From Gracilinanus agilis (taxonomy: Eukaryota), in NCBI RefSeq assembly GCF_016433145.1, contig NC_058132.1, positions 466,087,952-466,151,951 on the forward strand: a DNA stretch of 64,000 bases. The letters are read 5' to 3'. Under the pieces are notes generated by a model. The model made no database searches, was not told the DNA's origin, and saw only the letters and a program-made list of their open reading frames with translations. Of this stretch, positions 22,301 through 36,100 are shown in pieces. A program made the position numbers and the translations under genes. Numbering within the stretch: position 1 is the stretch's first letter; each line of letters begins with the position of its first letter.

Positions 22301-24141
22301 TTATTTTACCTGTCCCAGTTAATATGCACACCAGTGTACTACCTAAGGTGAACTTACCCAGAGTGGGAAAATAATCTAGGTGAACAGAGAGTCAAGGAAA
22401 CCAACCCTCTGTTGGTCCCCAAGTTCTCCAGGGGCATATAGTGTCCTATTGACTTAAATACACAGCTGATGTTGAGCTTCTATCTATTTATAAGAATTGG
22501 GGGAAAAAAGTAGGAGTTGCAAGAGATTCAGCTCCTGCTCCCCCAGACCTTCACAATACATATATAAAGGCAAGGAAAGAGTTTGCTCTTCTATACAGAA
22601 ACTATGCCGCTTACTGCTTCTCTGATCCAACTCTCATTTGGTCCAGGAACTCAGAATTATCTAGAAACTCCTGTGAATTCACAGGAAGTTTTGTCAGAGA
22701 ATCTTCTTTGTTCTGATTCTGCTTGCTGCTTCTGTTACCATCTCTGGAGCCCTGTTGTTCCTCCTCTTTAGAGGCCATGTGGTTCTCTGATGTGCATAGT
22801 TCCATAGAAGGGCCACCTGGGTATGGTGGCCTCAGTCCAGGGAATGGAAATCTATGTATGTCACACCCAGACGATCTTCTTTTGGTCCATTTCAGCTGTT
22901 TTTCAGACTGCAAAAGTCCAAGGTTCTGCTTCAGATATTACCTTTTTTAGCAATGGGGTGTTTAAATGGGGGATAATTACCAGTGAAGGGTTACCTAAGT
23001 GATAGTTAGGAGAAGGATAATTCAAAAGAGTTCAAGGTGAGTAGAAGACAGGTTCACACCTTTTCAAAAAGAAGTGACAATGCTAGAATAAAGATATCAA
23101 TAATAAGGAATTAACCTTGACAAAGAAATTTCACCTCTTTAAGATAATAACAATGGAATACATGAGGACTTCAACAGGTTTCCCTTAGATTCAAAACATA
23201 CATTTCATTTTGCATTTTTTAGAACAAAAGGTTCTTTATTTTGAGGGAGACTCAGAAATTAAATTCTTGTGAAATAGTTTTATTTATGTAGGGAAATACC
23301 ATTTTATAACAAAACTATGTCCTTTTAAAGCTTTGCTTCAATTTTCACTGTTTAAGCTCAATAAATATGAGTACCAAGTCTCCAGATCTATAAATGGCTA
23401 TTTCAGAATGTGAGTGGTGATTTCCAGTTGAATAGAGACTAGGTAAGAGGCCAACTGTACAAAAAATTCTGCCTTTGAACAATTTTCCTGGTCTTCTGAG
23501 ATTCACTGAAAGAGGATTTCACAGTCCTAGGAATGATATCATTTATATTATGCAGTTCAAAAATGCAACTGTAGAGTTTTCCCATGTGATGTATTTTAAA
23601 GCAGAGATTATTGAATTTCCATAGATAATTTACTTTCATCCAGTAACAAAATCAAGCACTTAACATGGATGCAGTTAGAAAAGCACTCAAATGTGGCTCC
23701 TAGAAATATTATTCCTTAAGTCTTCAGGAAAAGAATAATAAATCAACCTTGGCATTAGTTTGTATTGAGTTTGAATGTGTGGCATGTGCCATCTCTGCAT
23801 GTCATTATGCCATTTGCAATCTTACTTTTTTGTTTTTAACATTTTCAGTCTCCTTGAGGCTGAAATCCCTATACCCTCTTCAATATCGGATTCTCCAGTT
23901 CTGTTTCTTCACCTTAGTGCTGTCCCCCAGAGGAACATGATGGACAGTTGTTCCTAAAATGTAGTGGGACCAATGTTAAATTTTACTGCATTTTGCTCTT
24001 CTCCTTCAAAATGTAGAAGGGACAGAGAAAGACCAGATTATAAATGTCCGGGAAGAAATGTGGGACAATGGTCACTAGACTTTTCAATTTTCTTCAACCA
24101 CCTTAAACTTCTTGGTTGCATAGGACAGAGAAGTATGATAG

Positions 24142-24310
24142 ACTAGGTTAAAAGGTAAAATGTACAGACTCTGATGCTTACTATCTATCTGTATGACCTC
24201 AGGCAAATCACTTAAGGTTTCTGAAACCCAGTTTCCTCATTTATAAAATGAAGGAATTGAATTAATGACCATGGAGGTCCCTTCCAGCTGTGAAGTTATA
24301 ATTCTGTTAT
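24142..24310 (+). mobile_element. MIR/MIR3 SINE
   Basis: tgacctcaggcaaatcacttaag...cagtttcctcatttataaaatgaagg...ggtcccttccagct. Confidence 0.85.
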
Positions 24311-26109
24311 CTTCACTATATTGTCTCATTTCCTTTACCATTTGAGGATATAAACCCTGGGAATATTTGCTGAAGTCGAGAACTATGATAAATAACAATA
24401 AATAGTCAGTTTCTAACCATGTCATATTTTAACAAACAAATAAATAAATTTTAAACACTGAAGTGGGAGATTCAGAGGAAACAGTTCAAAAAATAGCTAT
24501 AACTTTATCCTGAACATCCCTTACCTTCTTTGAGTAGCTTAATTGGTTAAAAGAGAACTTTACAGCTATTGTCTGAAAGAACTGGAAGCTGATAGAACTT
24601 TAAAATCATTGGTTGAATGAACTGACCAAGGAGAGTTATAGCTTTCTTCAGAAGGAGAGAGGTTTACTAACCAAAGCATCAGTATCCCTAGAAGACAACG
24701 TATTGGGTGAGCCTTTATCTGCATAGTTTAAGACCACCTGGAGCAGAAACACAATATCTACTAGGGTGCAATAGACACATGATGTCTATAGAAGAGCAGA
24801 CACGGCAAAAAAGTGAGAGAACATCATCAGACAAAATCAGTTAATTTTGTTAATCCAAGTGCCTCACCATGTTTGTTCTCTATGCATTCACTTTTCCATG
24901 AAGGTGCCCTGGGTACATATGTTCCTTTTGAAAATGTTCCAGGTATCATTCCTATGCCACATGTCCACTCTTTCACTGAGTATTTATATTACTGAGAAAG
25001 TATCAGTAAGTAATTTTAGAAGTGAAAAATGAGGGAAAAGATATTATTCATAAAAGATATGAAAATGGATAAGACAGGAAAGGTTTTCTGTATTATAATG
25101 TATATTTCTTTTAGAGTTATCAATCATTTAACTAGATGTCTCTAGATTAGAACTAGAATTTTGGATGTTCATTTTTTCCCCCAAATCCTTGAATTCTATG
25201 ATAGGATGATCATCAAATAAGATTCATTTTGTTGGGTTTTTGTGGCAACAAAGAGCAAAGAGATAATCGAATAATAAGCCTTGAAATTTTATCCCATTGG
25301 TCAACAATGATGCATTAACAATAGGCTCACAAATTCTCAGAGCTGGAAAAGAACTCAGAGGTCAACTCCATGCTGTCTGGGTATATAGTGCTTGTCCTTG
25401 GTTCTCTGAATATAATCGGAAATTAGAAAGTTTCTTCATAGTTCTCTCTTTGTAAATACCTCTCCTTTCCCCAAAATTTCCATTTAAATCAGAGTTGAAA
25501 GGGACCTTGAGATATCATCTGGTCCAGCCTCCCTGACTTCAAGTATTATTGTTGAAAATACTCCTCACTGTTAAATAAAACTGGCTAACCTTGGATATAG
25601 GTATATTGTTGTTGTTATGCCAACATTATATAAACTATTATAATTGAAAACTAATTAAGCTGCTTTCTGTGGGCTTTGTGTACTCATCAAAACAAATGTG
25701 ATCATTATGTTTTGTGAAGAAAGAAAAACATGTGATTACCTTGAATTAAATTTTCTCCTACTAGTTTTTACATTAAGGGAGAGGCACTGTTGAATCAGTG
25801 AAATCATGCTGCAAGTCAATTTCTGATGAATTGCAATGAATAATTTTGGTAAAGAAGTGATAATAAAATACAATTCCTTTCCTTTCTGAAGAAAAATGGG
25901 GGACTGTGGATATGCAATGCATCAGATTACGTAAATTTTTTTTTTGTTACAATGGAACACTCTGTTGGGGCTAAGTAGAGGATATGAATTAAAGGAAATG
26001 ACAACAAAAGGCACTAATACAACTTACAGGAATGATTGAACTTGGTGACTAAATTTGAATCCCATCCCTAGCACACACTAGTTGAATGAACATGGACAAG
26101 TCAGAACAA

Positions 26110-26930
26110 CTAAGCAGGCATTTATTAGTTGCCTACATTTGCCAGGCATTGTGCTAAGAGCCAGGGGTATAAACAAAGATGCAATAAAGTTCATGTCCCT
26201 AGCATTGAGCATATGTGCATATATCTTTATCTATAAGTGTGCCTATAAATACATATGTGTATATATGTATGTATATTTGTATATGAGGATATGTAAAACT
26301 TCTTACAAAAGGTAAAACTTTATCTGAGACCTGAAGGAAGCTGTTAAAGTAAGAAGTAAAGAGGAAGGAAGGAAGGAGTTCTATGCTTGGAGACAGTCAG
26401 TGAAAATGCTCAAAATCTAGAGATGGAATGTCATGTAGGAGATCAGTGTAGATCATGTAGAGGGAAGTAAGGCTTAAGAAGACTAGAAAGATAGAAAGGG
26501 GTCAGGTTATTAAAATTGTAAAAGTCAGCAGGTTTTATATTTGATACTAGAGGTGATGAAAAACCAATGGAGTTTATTGAATTGGGGGAAACAGGGAACA
26601 TAGTCAGGAAAATATGAGTATATTTATAGGTAGTAGTGAAGCAACTAGTAGATTATCAGAGATCGAAGATAAGTGAGAATAGAGATAATAAAGGGGACAA
26701 TCTGCTAAAGAACATGGATGGAATGGGATTATTTGTGCCTGGAAAAGTGTTTGCCTTGGCAAAAAGAAGGGTTGCCTCTTCCTATGAGATGGGGTGAAGG
26801 AGAAGATAGTACCAAAAGGCATCTGAATAATATGAAATGAGGAAGAGAGAAAAGAGAAGTTCTTAGCAAATGGTCTCAATTTTTCCAGGGAAAAGTCATA
26901 ATCCCTGTGAATATCCAGGTCTTCATCAGT
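26110..26930 (-). mobile_element. L2 fragment
   Basis: gcatttattagttgcctacatttgccaggcattgtgctaag tail and antisense L2 body. Confidence 0.8.
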
Positions 26931-27151
26931 AAAATATAGGTAAGAATTTCTATACAATCTACCTCCCAGGATTGTCATGAGGATAAAATGAAATATAGTT
27001 GTAAAGTAAATTGCAAACCTTAAAACCACATAAATACCAATTATTAATAATAGATTTTTAAAAATTATTATTAGACTGCCTATACTAGAAATGAATGAGA
27101 AAATGCCAATCTATCCATTATTTAGTAGTTCATATATTAAACACTCTACTC

Positions 27152-29050
27152 TTTTTTAAGTTAATTTTTAAATTTTTTTCCAGATTACATTAGTTCAATT
27201 TTCAATAATTGTTTTCTGACATTTTGTGGTTCATGTCCTTTCCCTCCCTCTCATCCCTTCCCCCTCCCTAAGATGGCAGGTAATATAGCTTATACATGTG
27301 TTATTATACAATACATATTTCCATGTTCATCAAGTTGAGAGATAAGACACATATTACTTACACTAGAGAAAATTTCATAAAGAAAATAAAGTAAAGAATG
27401 GTATGCTTCAATCTGTATTCAGACTTTGTCATTTCCTTCTTTGGTGATAGCCTTTTTCATCATGGAGTTGCCCTGGATTCTTGCATTGTTGATTAAGTAA
27501 TTCATAATTGATTATTGTATACAATTCTTGTTACTGTGTACGGTGTTCTTTTTGTTCTGCTTACTTCACTTTGTATCACTTCATATAAGTCTTTCCAGGT
27601 GTTTGTGATTTTTTTGTTTTTGTCTTATTTTTCATTTCCTATGGCACAACAATATACCATAACAATCATATACCACCATTTGTTTAGCTGTTCCCCAACT
27701 GATGGACATCCATTTAGTTTCCAGTACTTTGTTACCACAAAGAGAGCTGCTATAAATATTTTTTGGTTAGGTAGGTCCTTTTCACCTATCTTTGTTCTCT
27801 TTGGGATATAGGCCTAGTAGTGGTATTGTTGGGTCTAAGGGTATGCAGTTTTATGGACCTTTGGGCAGGGTTCCAAATTGCTTTCTGGAATGGATCTCAG
27901 TTCATAGCTATGCCAACAGTGTATCAGTGTTCCAGTTTTTCCACATCTCCTCTAACATTTATCATTTTCCTTTGTCAGATTAGCTAGTCTGATAGGTGTG
28001 AGGTGATATCTCAGAGTTGTTTTAGTTTGCATTTCTCCAATTAATAGTGATTTAGAGCATTTTTTCATATGACTAAAGATAGTTTTAATTTCTTCATCTG
28101 AGAATTGCTTGTTCATATCCTTTAACCATTTGTCAATTGGTGAATGCTTTGCATTCTTATACATTTGTCTTTATTCTCTAAATATTTGAGAAATGAGGAT
28201 TTTGTCAGAGAGACTTATGTAAGAAATTAAATTTAGGTTTTATGTTAAATATAAGAATTGTATAGTAATATTGTGGTCAGCGATTTAAAGATATAACAAG
28301 TCAAAAAAACTTTTAGTAGTTTTATTTACAAAGATATAGAAAGAGAGAAAATGGGAAAGGTAGCTAAAGAGATAATTTTTAACAAGCCTACTAGTCCTTC
28401 TCCAGTGAAGTGAGGCTCAGCCCTGCAGAGGCTTCCCCACATCCATTGGTGTCTTCAGCTAGAGTTCCACAAACACAGCCTCCTCCAAAGTTACAACAGG
28501 GATCTCCGGAATCGATCTCTCCAGAAGCCAGGAAAGGAAACTCAGCTACTCTTCCACCCAAGATGAACACCAAAGGAGAAGACCAATGGCCAAGACCCAA
28601 GGCTAAGTTCTCCAACATCAAAGTCCAAAGGAGAAGATTCAAGAGCAGTCCTCCAAGAAGCAGTCCAAGAGCCAAACTCGAAGGTCGAAGCTCCAAGCCA
28701 AAGCTTCAAGCACAAGATCCAAGCCAAAGGTCTCCTTAATAGGAAGTTCAGGACTTTTTATAGTTCTTTTCCCATGTCCCTTCCTATCCCTTCCTCCACT
28801 TTATGGGAACCAATTGCAGTCTTTCAATTTGCTTAGCACTGTCCAGGGGTGAGGCAGTGGCCTCTGGAGTTGTCACTCACTTTACTAAGTGACTCATGAA
28901 CTCACTTAGTGTTAAGTAGGGGTGTTTAAGGTTTTGACTGATTAATTTAAAAATTGCTGATTGATAGACAAAGAAAGTTTGATTCACTCTTCACACTTAT
29001 TATGAAGATTTTTTCTTATTGTTGTTTACCTTCTAATTTTGGTTAAATAC
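27152..29050 (-). mobile_element. L1 3' fragment split by a solo LTR
   Basis: Antisense L1 3' UTR/ORF2 end (ORF 27952-28164 minus: IDKWLKDMNKQFSDEEIKTI); L1 text rejoins across the LTR (gagagactta | ttatgaagatttttt). Confidence 0.9.
28218..28995 (-). mobile_element. Solo ERV1-class LTR (778 bp)
   Basis: TG...CA ends; 4-bp TSD ctta (28214-28217, 28996-28999); minus-strand TATAAAAA near 28760 and AATAAA near 28325. Confidence 0.9.
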
Positions 29051-29164
29051 TATATTCTTAGATATTTTTGAATAATTTCATAAGGTACTATATTGTATTT
29101 CAGACTGTAAGCCATCAATTCTTTCTGTTCCTGTTCTTGTCCATTTTCCTCATCATAATCCAAT

Positions 29165-29310
29165 AGAGAAGGGATTCTTAACCTTTTTTGTGTCATAGAT
29201 CCCTTTGATAGTCTGTAAGCCTGAGGACTCCATATAAGAATAATATCTGAAAATGCAACATATACATGTATATTTACCAAGGATATGAATTGTATAGAAA
29301 TATGGTGACC
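29165..29310. mobile_element. hAT-Charlie MITE fragment
   Basis: agggattcttaaccttttttgtgtcatagatccctttgatagtctg. Confidence 0.6.
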
Positions 29311-29399
29311 ATAATTTCTTTAAATGTTCATTTACCTTAGGTTAGTTGCTTTTGTATTATAGGATGTTTCCCCCAGCATGCTAGGGACCTTTAATATCA

Positions 29400-29860
29400 T
29401 GTGTGGCCAATAGCATATTTGTGCATTATCCTTCATTGTCATTATGGGATTGGCCCACCCCATTTTCTGGTCCTATATACTTTGGGTGGCATTTTTTATA
29501 CATTTTCTTAAACAGAAATCTTTGTTACTGAAAAGAGTTGTCCATTCATGTCTATCCCACATCTATCTCTCCATTGTTTTCTAGATGACCTGAAATTTTG
29601 ATTCTTCAGAAAACATTATTTCATTATTCTTAGGTAATAATGCCAGGAGAATATTAGTGCTTAAAAGATGGCCCCTTATTTTAAGAAGAAGTTTGTAAAT
29701 AATGAAAGTGCCACCTAATTTCCCAAGTGCAATGTAGGTCACTTCTTTCTTCCTATTTAATTCTTGGCCCATAAGATTGCCCATCTGTGTATTTCCTAAA
29801 TATATGTACCAATATATGATTAATGGGATATGCACACAACTATATATCCTAGATTACCCA
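29400..29860 (-). mobile_element. RTE LINE 3' fragment
   Basis: ORF 29581-29835 minus: YIYLGNTQMGNLMGQELNRKK...IALGKL...HLLSTNIL. Confidence 0.8.
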
Positions 29861-31334
29861 ACAGTCATTCTTTAATCACATGGTTTTTCTCTTGTGAATT
29901 GTTTAGTAAAAAATTTTGAATAGTTGTGAATCGCACTTTGGAAAATGTACAGTATTTGAATTAGTACTACCATCAAAACAATGCAATCTGCAGGCAGGAC
30001 TTTTTAGAGGGCTTTGGCCCTCTAAATTCTTCTTCAATTTAACTCTGCATTAGATATTCTTTGTGACAATGAAAAATACTTTTAGCAATTATAGCTTTCC
30101 ATTTTAGCCCCTGATAACATATTAGAGAGTTTGTTTGACACAATGATCTCTGTGATGAAGATATGGTACTATATTTATTGGTGTCATCATTACTGTCTAT
30201 TTTTAAAACAATGCTATTTGTACATTTTTAAAAATAATTAAGTACTTTTTTCCTTTCAGATATTTTGAAAATTCACTCCTCAAAGCCATCAGAATTATGT
30301 TGCCTTAAGAATGGATCTCTTCTATACATTTTCATTTGTTCTGTTTGCTTTTTTTGTTTTTACTTTCTTTTCTGTTATTTCCATTTCTTCAAAAATCACA
30401 TTGGGATTTGTTAGAGTTCTAGTGTGATGAATCCAGTGTAACTGATAAAGAAAATAATAATAATAATATAATCCATGGGCCAGTGCCCAACTATTGTGTT
30501 TTTGTGATATGATCTGAGTTAGCTTCCCAAATCATTCTCTTTTGATTTATGTGTTCTTCAACTGAGTTTACTTTGGGAAATCTCAGAATATAGTTGTTGT
30601 CTAGGTCTCTATAGAAATGAGTGAAAGGATCCCCCAGGTCCTGTATAAGTAATAAAGCTAGCAATACATATATTGGATACAGAGCAGCCCACAGAAAAGG
30701 AAGAAAATGCAAAGGACTCACAGCAACCTATAAACAAATATGGAAAACCTGGAAATATTGGCAATTAAATAAATAAACAAATCATTAGTACAATTTTCCA
30801 GTTCCTTCAGTGAATCCAAAATTCCACTGCATCCTGATGTTCAGATTCAATGCAACTTTCTTAACTTAGTTTGAATTTCCTTTAGAAGATAAATACATTT
30901 GAAGTTAATGGCCCCCCCTTTCCAAAGGGATATGAAACATCCCTGCCCCACCATCCTAGATTTAGTACTACTTTACACTTTTGATTTATACATACTCCCT
31001 CTCATGGAAACACACTTTGAGACTGCTAAACAGGAAATATTCTTTCTATTCAGAGCTCTATCATCCAGATAGCTCACTTTAATTGTGAAATTCAAAATCC
31101 ATTTCCCTTGCACCTCCAATGAAATGACCATAGTCCAGAACTGGGGCCATGTGCATGATCCTCTGCTTTTATTAAAAGTGTCAAACAGGAAAGTCACTTC
31201 ACCTCCAGAAAAAAATGATCAAACTTAGTGCTACTAGAAAGGCAACCCTGAGGAACTCTTAACATTCCAGCAATACCCTCACTGCTGTTATCTTTGGGGC
31301 CAAGAAAATCAGGTCTCCAGTCTCTGAAAAAAAG

Positions 31335-31432
31335 ATATCGGTAAATATTAAAAATTGTTATTATCAACAGGGTAACTAGAAAAAGTTTACTTAGAGGGAA
31401 CAATGACAAACTGTATAGGATGAAATGTCAAG

Positions 31433-31470
<38 letters not shown>

Positions 31471-32150
31471 AGCACTGCCTGGGGACAGGGCTCAGGGATT
31501 GGAGGGACTCAGAGAAAGGCAGGTCCCCATGGATGCCTAGAGCATAAAGAAGACACCTTGATGGAAAGAAGAAAGAAAGGAAGAGTGAAGGAAGGAAGAA
31601 GCTGAATGACTAGCAAGGAGTGATGAGGAAGCAGAATGTGAAGGGAGGATGATGAAATAGGACTTCACAAAATTGTCTGCACTATTTTGCTGAGGCAAAA
31701 TTTAGCAAGGCTGGGNAATTGTTATTATCAACAGGGTAACTAGAAAAAGTTTACTTAGAGGGAACAATGACAAACCATATAGGATGAAAAGTCAATATAT
31801 ATATAGATATATATATAGATATATAGATATATATAGATATGTATATCTGTATCTATATATCTATATAAAATATATAAAAATATATCTATATGAAACTAGC
31901 AGGGAAAAAGGAGATAATATTAAGAAAAATGGGAAAACAGACAAAATGGAGTAAATTTATATTCCATAAAGAAGCTCGTGGGGCGAACAGGGGAGAAGAC
32001 CAATACACTGGAAGGGTAAAGAGTTTGGAGAGAGGAAATACTTAATTCTTAAGTGCATTGAAATTAACTTAAAGAGGGAAGAACAATCAGATCCATCGGT
32101 GCAGAGAATTGATTCGCACTATATAGAGAAATAGAAGGATAACAAAAAGA
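31335..32150 (+). mobile_element. L1 inter-ORF region fragments on both sides of a single-N scaffold junction
   Basis: aattgttattatcaacagggtaactag... present at 31353 and 31717; continues aaagagggaagaacaatcagatcc. Confidence 0.7.
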
Positions 32151-32650
32151 TCCAAATTACAAAGGAATTTGAATGCCAAAAAGAAGATTTTATATTTGAT
32201 CCTGGAGGTAATAGGGAGCCACTGTAATTCTTTTAAGATAAAATGATAGGAATATCAATCTGAGAGTTGACTTGGAGGATGAAATGGAGTATAGAGAGAC
32301 TTAAGGCAAGGAATTCAATCAGAAGGCTGACAAAATAATACAGGTGGGATAGTAGTATTTTAGATACAGGTGGAAAGAAAAAGAGAGGAGATGAGCATAC
32401 CTACATTGTGAGCCTAGGTGACTGGGAGGATGATAGTTCCCTTGAGAGTTATAAGAACACTAGGAAGGAGAGAGCACTTAGGAGAACATGTCTCTTATGG
32501 TCATATACTTCTGAAAGATGTTTTTGCCAGTGGGGAAGGAAGAAAGAAAACTTCTCTCTCTTTACCTCCTTCCCTAACTACACAACAGGCACAACAGAAA
32601 AGTAGAAAGAAGGTATTTTCAAGAGTTCAGCTCATCTTCCAGAGTTTACT
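32150..32650 (-). mobile_element. L2 fragment
   Basis: ttttatatttgatcctggaggtaatagggagccactg. Confidence 0.8.
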
Positions 32651-33701
32651 TCTTAAGCTCACCTGTCTGTAGATTGAACCAAATTGATTTTAAGGACTTG
32701 AGAGACGTCATGTATCCTATGCCAATCAGTCAGTAGAAATTCTATGTCTCCCATCAATTTTCTTCATTCATAGGCCAAAGTTTTATAAGGTATTCAAATT
32801 TTTAGAAAACTCTTTTGCCCTTCATTATTTTAATGATTAGAAAAATTACAATTTGAACAAGGTCTTCTGTGATCTACCTCTTAAACACTGAAAAAGAAAT
32901 GTGTGGCGGAAATAGGGGAACAAGTTTCCAGTACAGTTATCCTGTTCACATTGTATTTTCCTCATCACAGCTTAGATATATTGCAGCTTGGCTTAAGAAA
33001 TTATATGGATTTTGAGGGAGTTTTAGAGATGTTACAGATAACATGCAAAGGCCAAACAGAAAAATTTAGAAACTCAGAAATACATACTTAATCCAAAATT
33101 TATAATAAGGTACTGTAAATATCCCATAAAAGAAAAAAAGTAAAAATTCAGACTTCTTCACTGATATGAAAGGAGGGCCAAAAATTTTCATGCAGATTTT
33201 CCAGATCAAGGGGACACTCCCCCTACGAACCCTATGATTTGGAAGGGTTAACTGTACTTCTTTAAAAAAACAAGCTATTTGTAGTTAGAATGATAACTCC
33301 ATCTCTCTCCCTCATCTAGAATTCCTCTTGAAGTTCATTCAGTACATGCCATGTTTTTAAATTGTTTGAAAGAATCAATGGACCTTTCCAAAAAAAGTAA
33401 TTCATTTTCTTCTTCAAGCTTTATAAGCTGTGAGGCCAAGAAAACAGGGGCTGATACCCTGCAAACATAATGCATTTCATTGGTTCCATGAATGACATGA
33501 GTAAGTCATCAGAAGTGTGGCATAGTGGGTACATCTCTGAATGTGGACTTGGCAGGTATGGGAGTCAAATTTCATCTTAGTAACTGTATTTGTTTGAGCA
33601 AAGTCACTTTACCTGTTTGAAGCTTAGTTTTCTCATTTTCTTAATGATAAAGCCTTTCCCCCTTTGTGAATGTTTCCAATTTATTCTATCTATAGATTGT
33701 T

Positions 33702-33899
33702 GTTTTTTTTAAATTTCTTTTTTAAACCCTTAACTTCTGTGTATTGGCTCATAGGTGGAAGAGTGGTAAGGGTGGGCAATGGGGGTCAAGTGACCTGCCC
33801 AGGGTCACACAGCTGGGAAGTGTCTGAGGTCAGATTTGAACCTAGGACCTCCTGTCTCTAGGCCTGACTCTCAATCCACTGAGCTACCCAGCTGCCCCC
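33702..33899 (-). mobile_element. SINE1_Mdo-type SINE (short 3' variant)
   Basis: 12-bp TSD ctatagattgtt at 33690-33701 and 33900-33911. Confidence 0.95.
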
Positions 33900-34035
33900 C
33901 TATAGATTGTTTTTACATAGTTATTTGAATACTGTATCTTTCATTAGACTGAACTCCTTGAAAGCAAGGACTATTTCTCTGCCACCCTTCCCCCGTTCTT
34001 TGTATTCCTAAAACATAGCACAGAGTCTGGCACAT

Positions 34036-34280
34036 GTTGTTGTTTAGTAGTTTTTCAGTCAGGCATGACTCTTTATGACTCCATTTGGGATTTTCTTGGC
34101 AAAGATATGAAGTTTTTTGCCATTATCTTCTCCAGCTTATTTTACAGATGAGTAAATCGAGGCAGAGTTAAGTGGTTTACTTAGAGTCACACAGCTAGTA
34201 AGTGTCTGAAGCCAGATCGGAATTCAGATCTTCCTGACTCTAGACCAGGTGTTCTATCCACCACACTGTTGAGCTATCCT
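34036..34280 (-). mobile_element. MAR1-type SINE inserted in an L2 tail
   Basis: 8-bp TSD tggcacat at 34028-34035 and 34281-34288; L2 tail resumes tggcacatagtaggtgcttaat. Confidence 0.85.
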
Positions 34281-35834
34281 TGGCACATAGTAGGTGCTTA
34301 ATGCATGCTTGTTATGTCTAAAAAGGAAATAATAGTATCCTACTTCATATAGTGGTTATGAAGATTAAATGTGTTAATGTGCATAAAAGAAATTGAAAAC
34401 CTTTGAGTGTTTAATAGATGTTATTGGTTATTATTAGTTAACCTGCAAAGGACCATATCTCCTATTTTTAATTTGAGGAGAGTCCTCCTAGGAAGACAGA
34501 AACTACCTGAAAGATTGTATATATATTTGAGGAAAGTAGTTTCCACTTTAGACTTAGGACTGAACAAACTTTATAATGATCTAGGTAACTGATAATGTTT
34601 CTGGGCAGGCTACCCATAATTCCCAAGGACTATTCTTCAATTCCACTCCTCCCCACCAATTCTGAATCTTCACAGAATCACAGAATGTTAGAATCATACC
34701 TGTATAAAATCACAGAATGTTGGAACTAAAAGGGATTTGGGATATCTATGGCTGACTCTGAAGTTGGCATTGGAGAAAAATGGGGTGGTGTTTGCTTAAT
34801 AGTATTCACATTAAGTTGCTAAGCTAATAAAGCTAGATTCATGGTATTTTAGGGGGGAAAATCAGCTGAATATAACTTCTTAAAAGATACCTACCCATTG
34901 TTACATCTTATTTTAGTTATCTGACAGGAATAAGACTGAATCTTTTATTGTGCCAAAAACTAGAGAAAGAATTGAAAAGATGAGAAACTTACTTTATTCT
35001 TATGATATTCAATTGTATTCTCATAGTCATCTGTGAGATGATATACTAAGCTTCTATATGAAATAAGGAAGTCAAATCAATGAAGTAAATTGATGATACT
35101 TTTCTAAACCCATACATTTCAAAAATAATAGAACTATAAAGCAAAATAAAATAATGCTGTTTTAATGCCAGGGAGTCACAAGCTACAACAGTTACCTATA
35201 ATGGATAATAATAATAGGGTTATTAGCTTTAAATTCACCAGTAATTGCTTGTGCTAATTTATCTTTAATCATTATCAGCAGGGTGAATGGCACCAAATCC
35301 ATGCTGAGTACCTGAAGAAAATTATAAAACATTTGGTTATAGGAAGTTTAGAAAAATACTTAAGGAAACCAGATTATAGTTCATTTCTGCAGAAATCTGA
35401 AATCTCTTTAAGCAAATGAATTATATTGTAAAATTCCAAAATAATTCAAAATATCTGGGGTTTATGTCCTTTTCAGGTATTTAAGGAACAAGATAAGTTA
35501 TTTTCCAAGAAAGTCAAGATGAAACTTTCCTCCCCTCCACCTTTTTACATTTCTAAACAATGTTTAGTGAGACAATTATTTAGTTCTATCATGCCTTTGA
35601 CTGAGGCAAGTAGCCTCCATACAAGGTGTCATACTTCTCCAGAACTTGATATAATGGAGAAGGTGTTGAATGTGAGAATGAGGACAGCTCATGTGTAAGG
35701 CAATAGTGTCCAAAGAAGAGGACCTGTCTGAAAAGAGGGTTGTGGTTCAAATTATAAGTAAACATAACTAGTGCTGAGTTTAGCCAGCATTCACAGGTTA
35801 AGAAAAGTGTGGGGACTAAGCTATAGTTATGCAT

Positions 35835-36100
35835 GCAAATGGAGTAATATGTGTTCAGTCATTTTTCATTTGTGTCTGACTCTCCCTGTCCTCATTTGGG
35901 GTTTTCTTGGAAAAAACACTGGAATGGTTTGCTATTTTCTTCTCCAGCACATTTTACAGATAAGGAATTAAGGCTAACAGTGTTGAATGACTTGCCCAGG
36001 GTCACAGAGCTAGTGTCTAAAGCCAAATTTGAACTGAGAAAGATGAAGCTTCTAGACTTTATTCCCTGTGAGCTACTGAGTCACCTAGCTGCCCAATCAG
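35835..36100 (-). mobile_element. MAR1-type SINE
   Basis: gttcagtcatttttc...tttggggttttcttgg...gacttgcccagggtcacagagctag. Confidence 0.85.

Noticed and set aside
23407-23442. 36-nt segment between tttcAG and GTAAGA
   Set aside because: Stop codons in all three frames
24652-24706. 55-nt candidate micro-exon (ttcttcAG ... GTGAGC)
   Set aside because: Neither open frame gives a recognisable peptide and no flanking exons were found
28410-28739. 109-aa Ser/Pro/Lys/Arg-rich ORF and its antisense ORFs
   Set aside because: Lies inside a solo LTR and arises from stop-poor CCAAG microrepeats
31353-31800. ~84-bp direct duplication (31353-31436 and 31717-31800), first 59 bp identical
   Set aside because: Second copy starts exactly at the single N (31716) and is L1 sequence, so a contig-junction artefact is the simplest explanation
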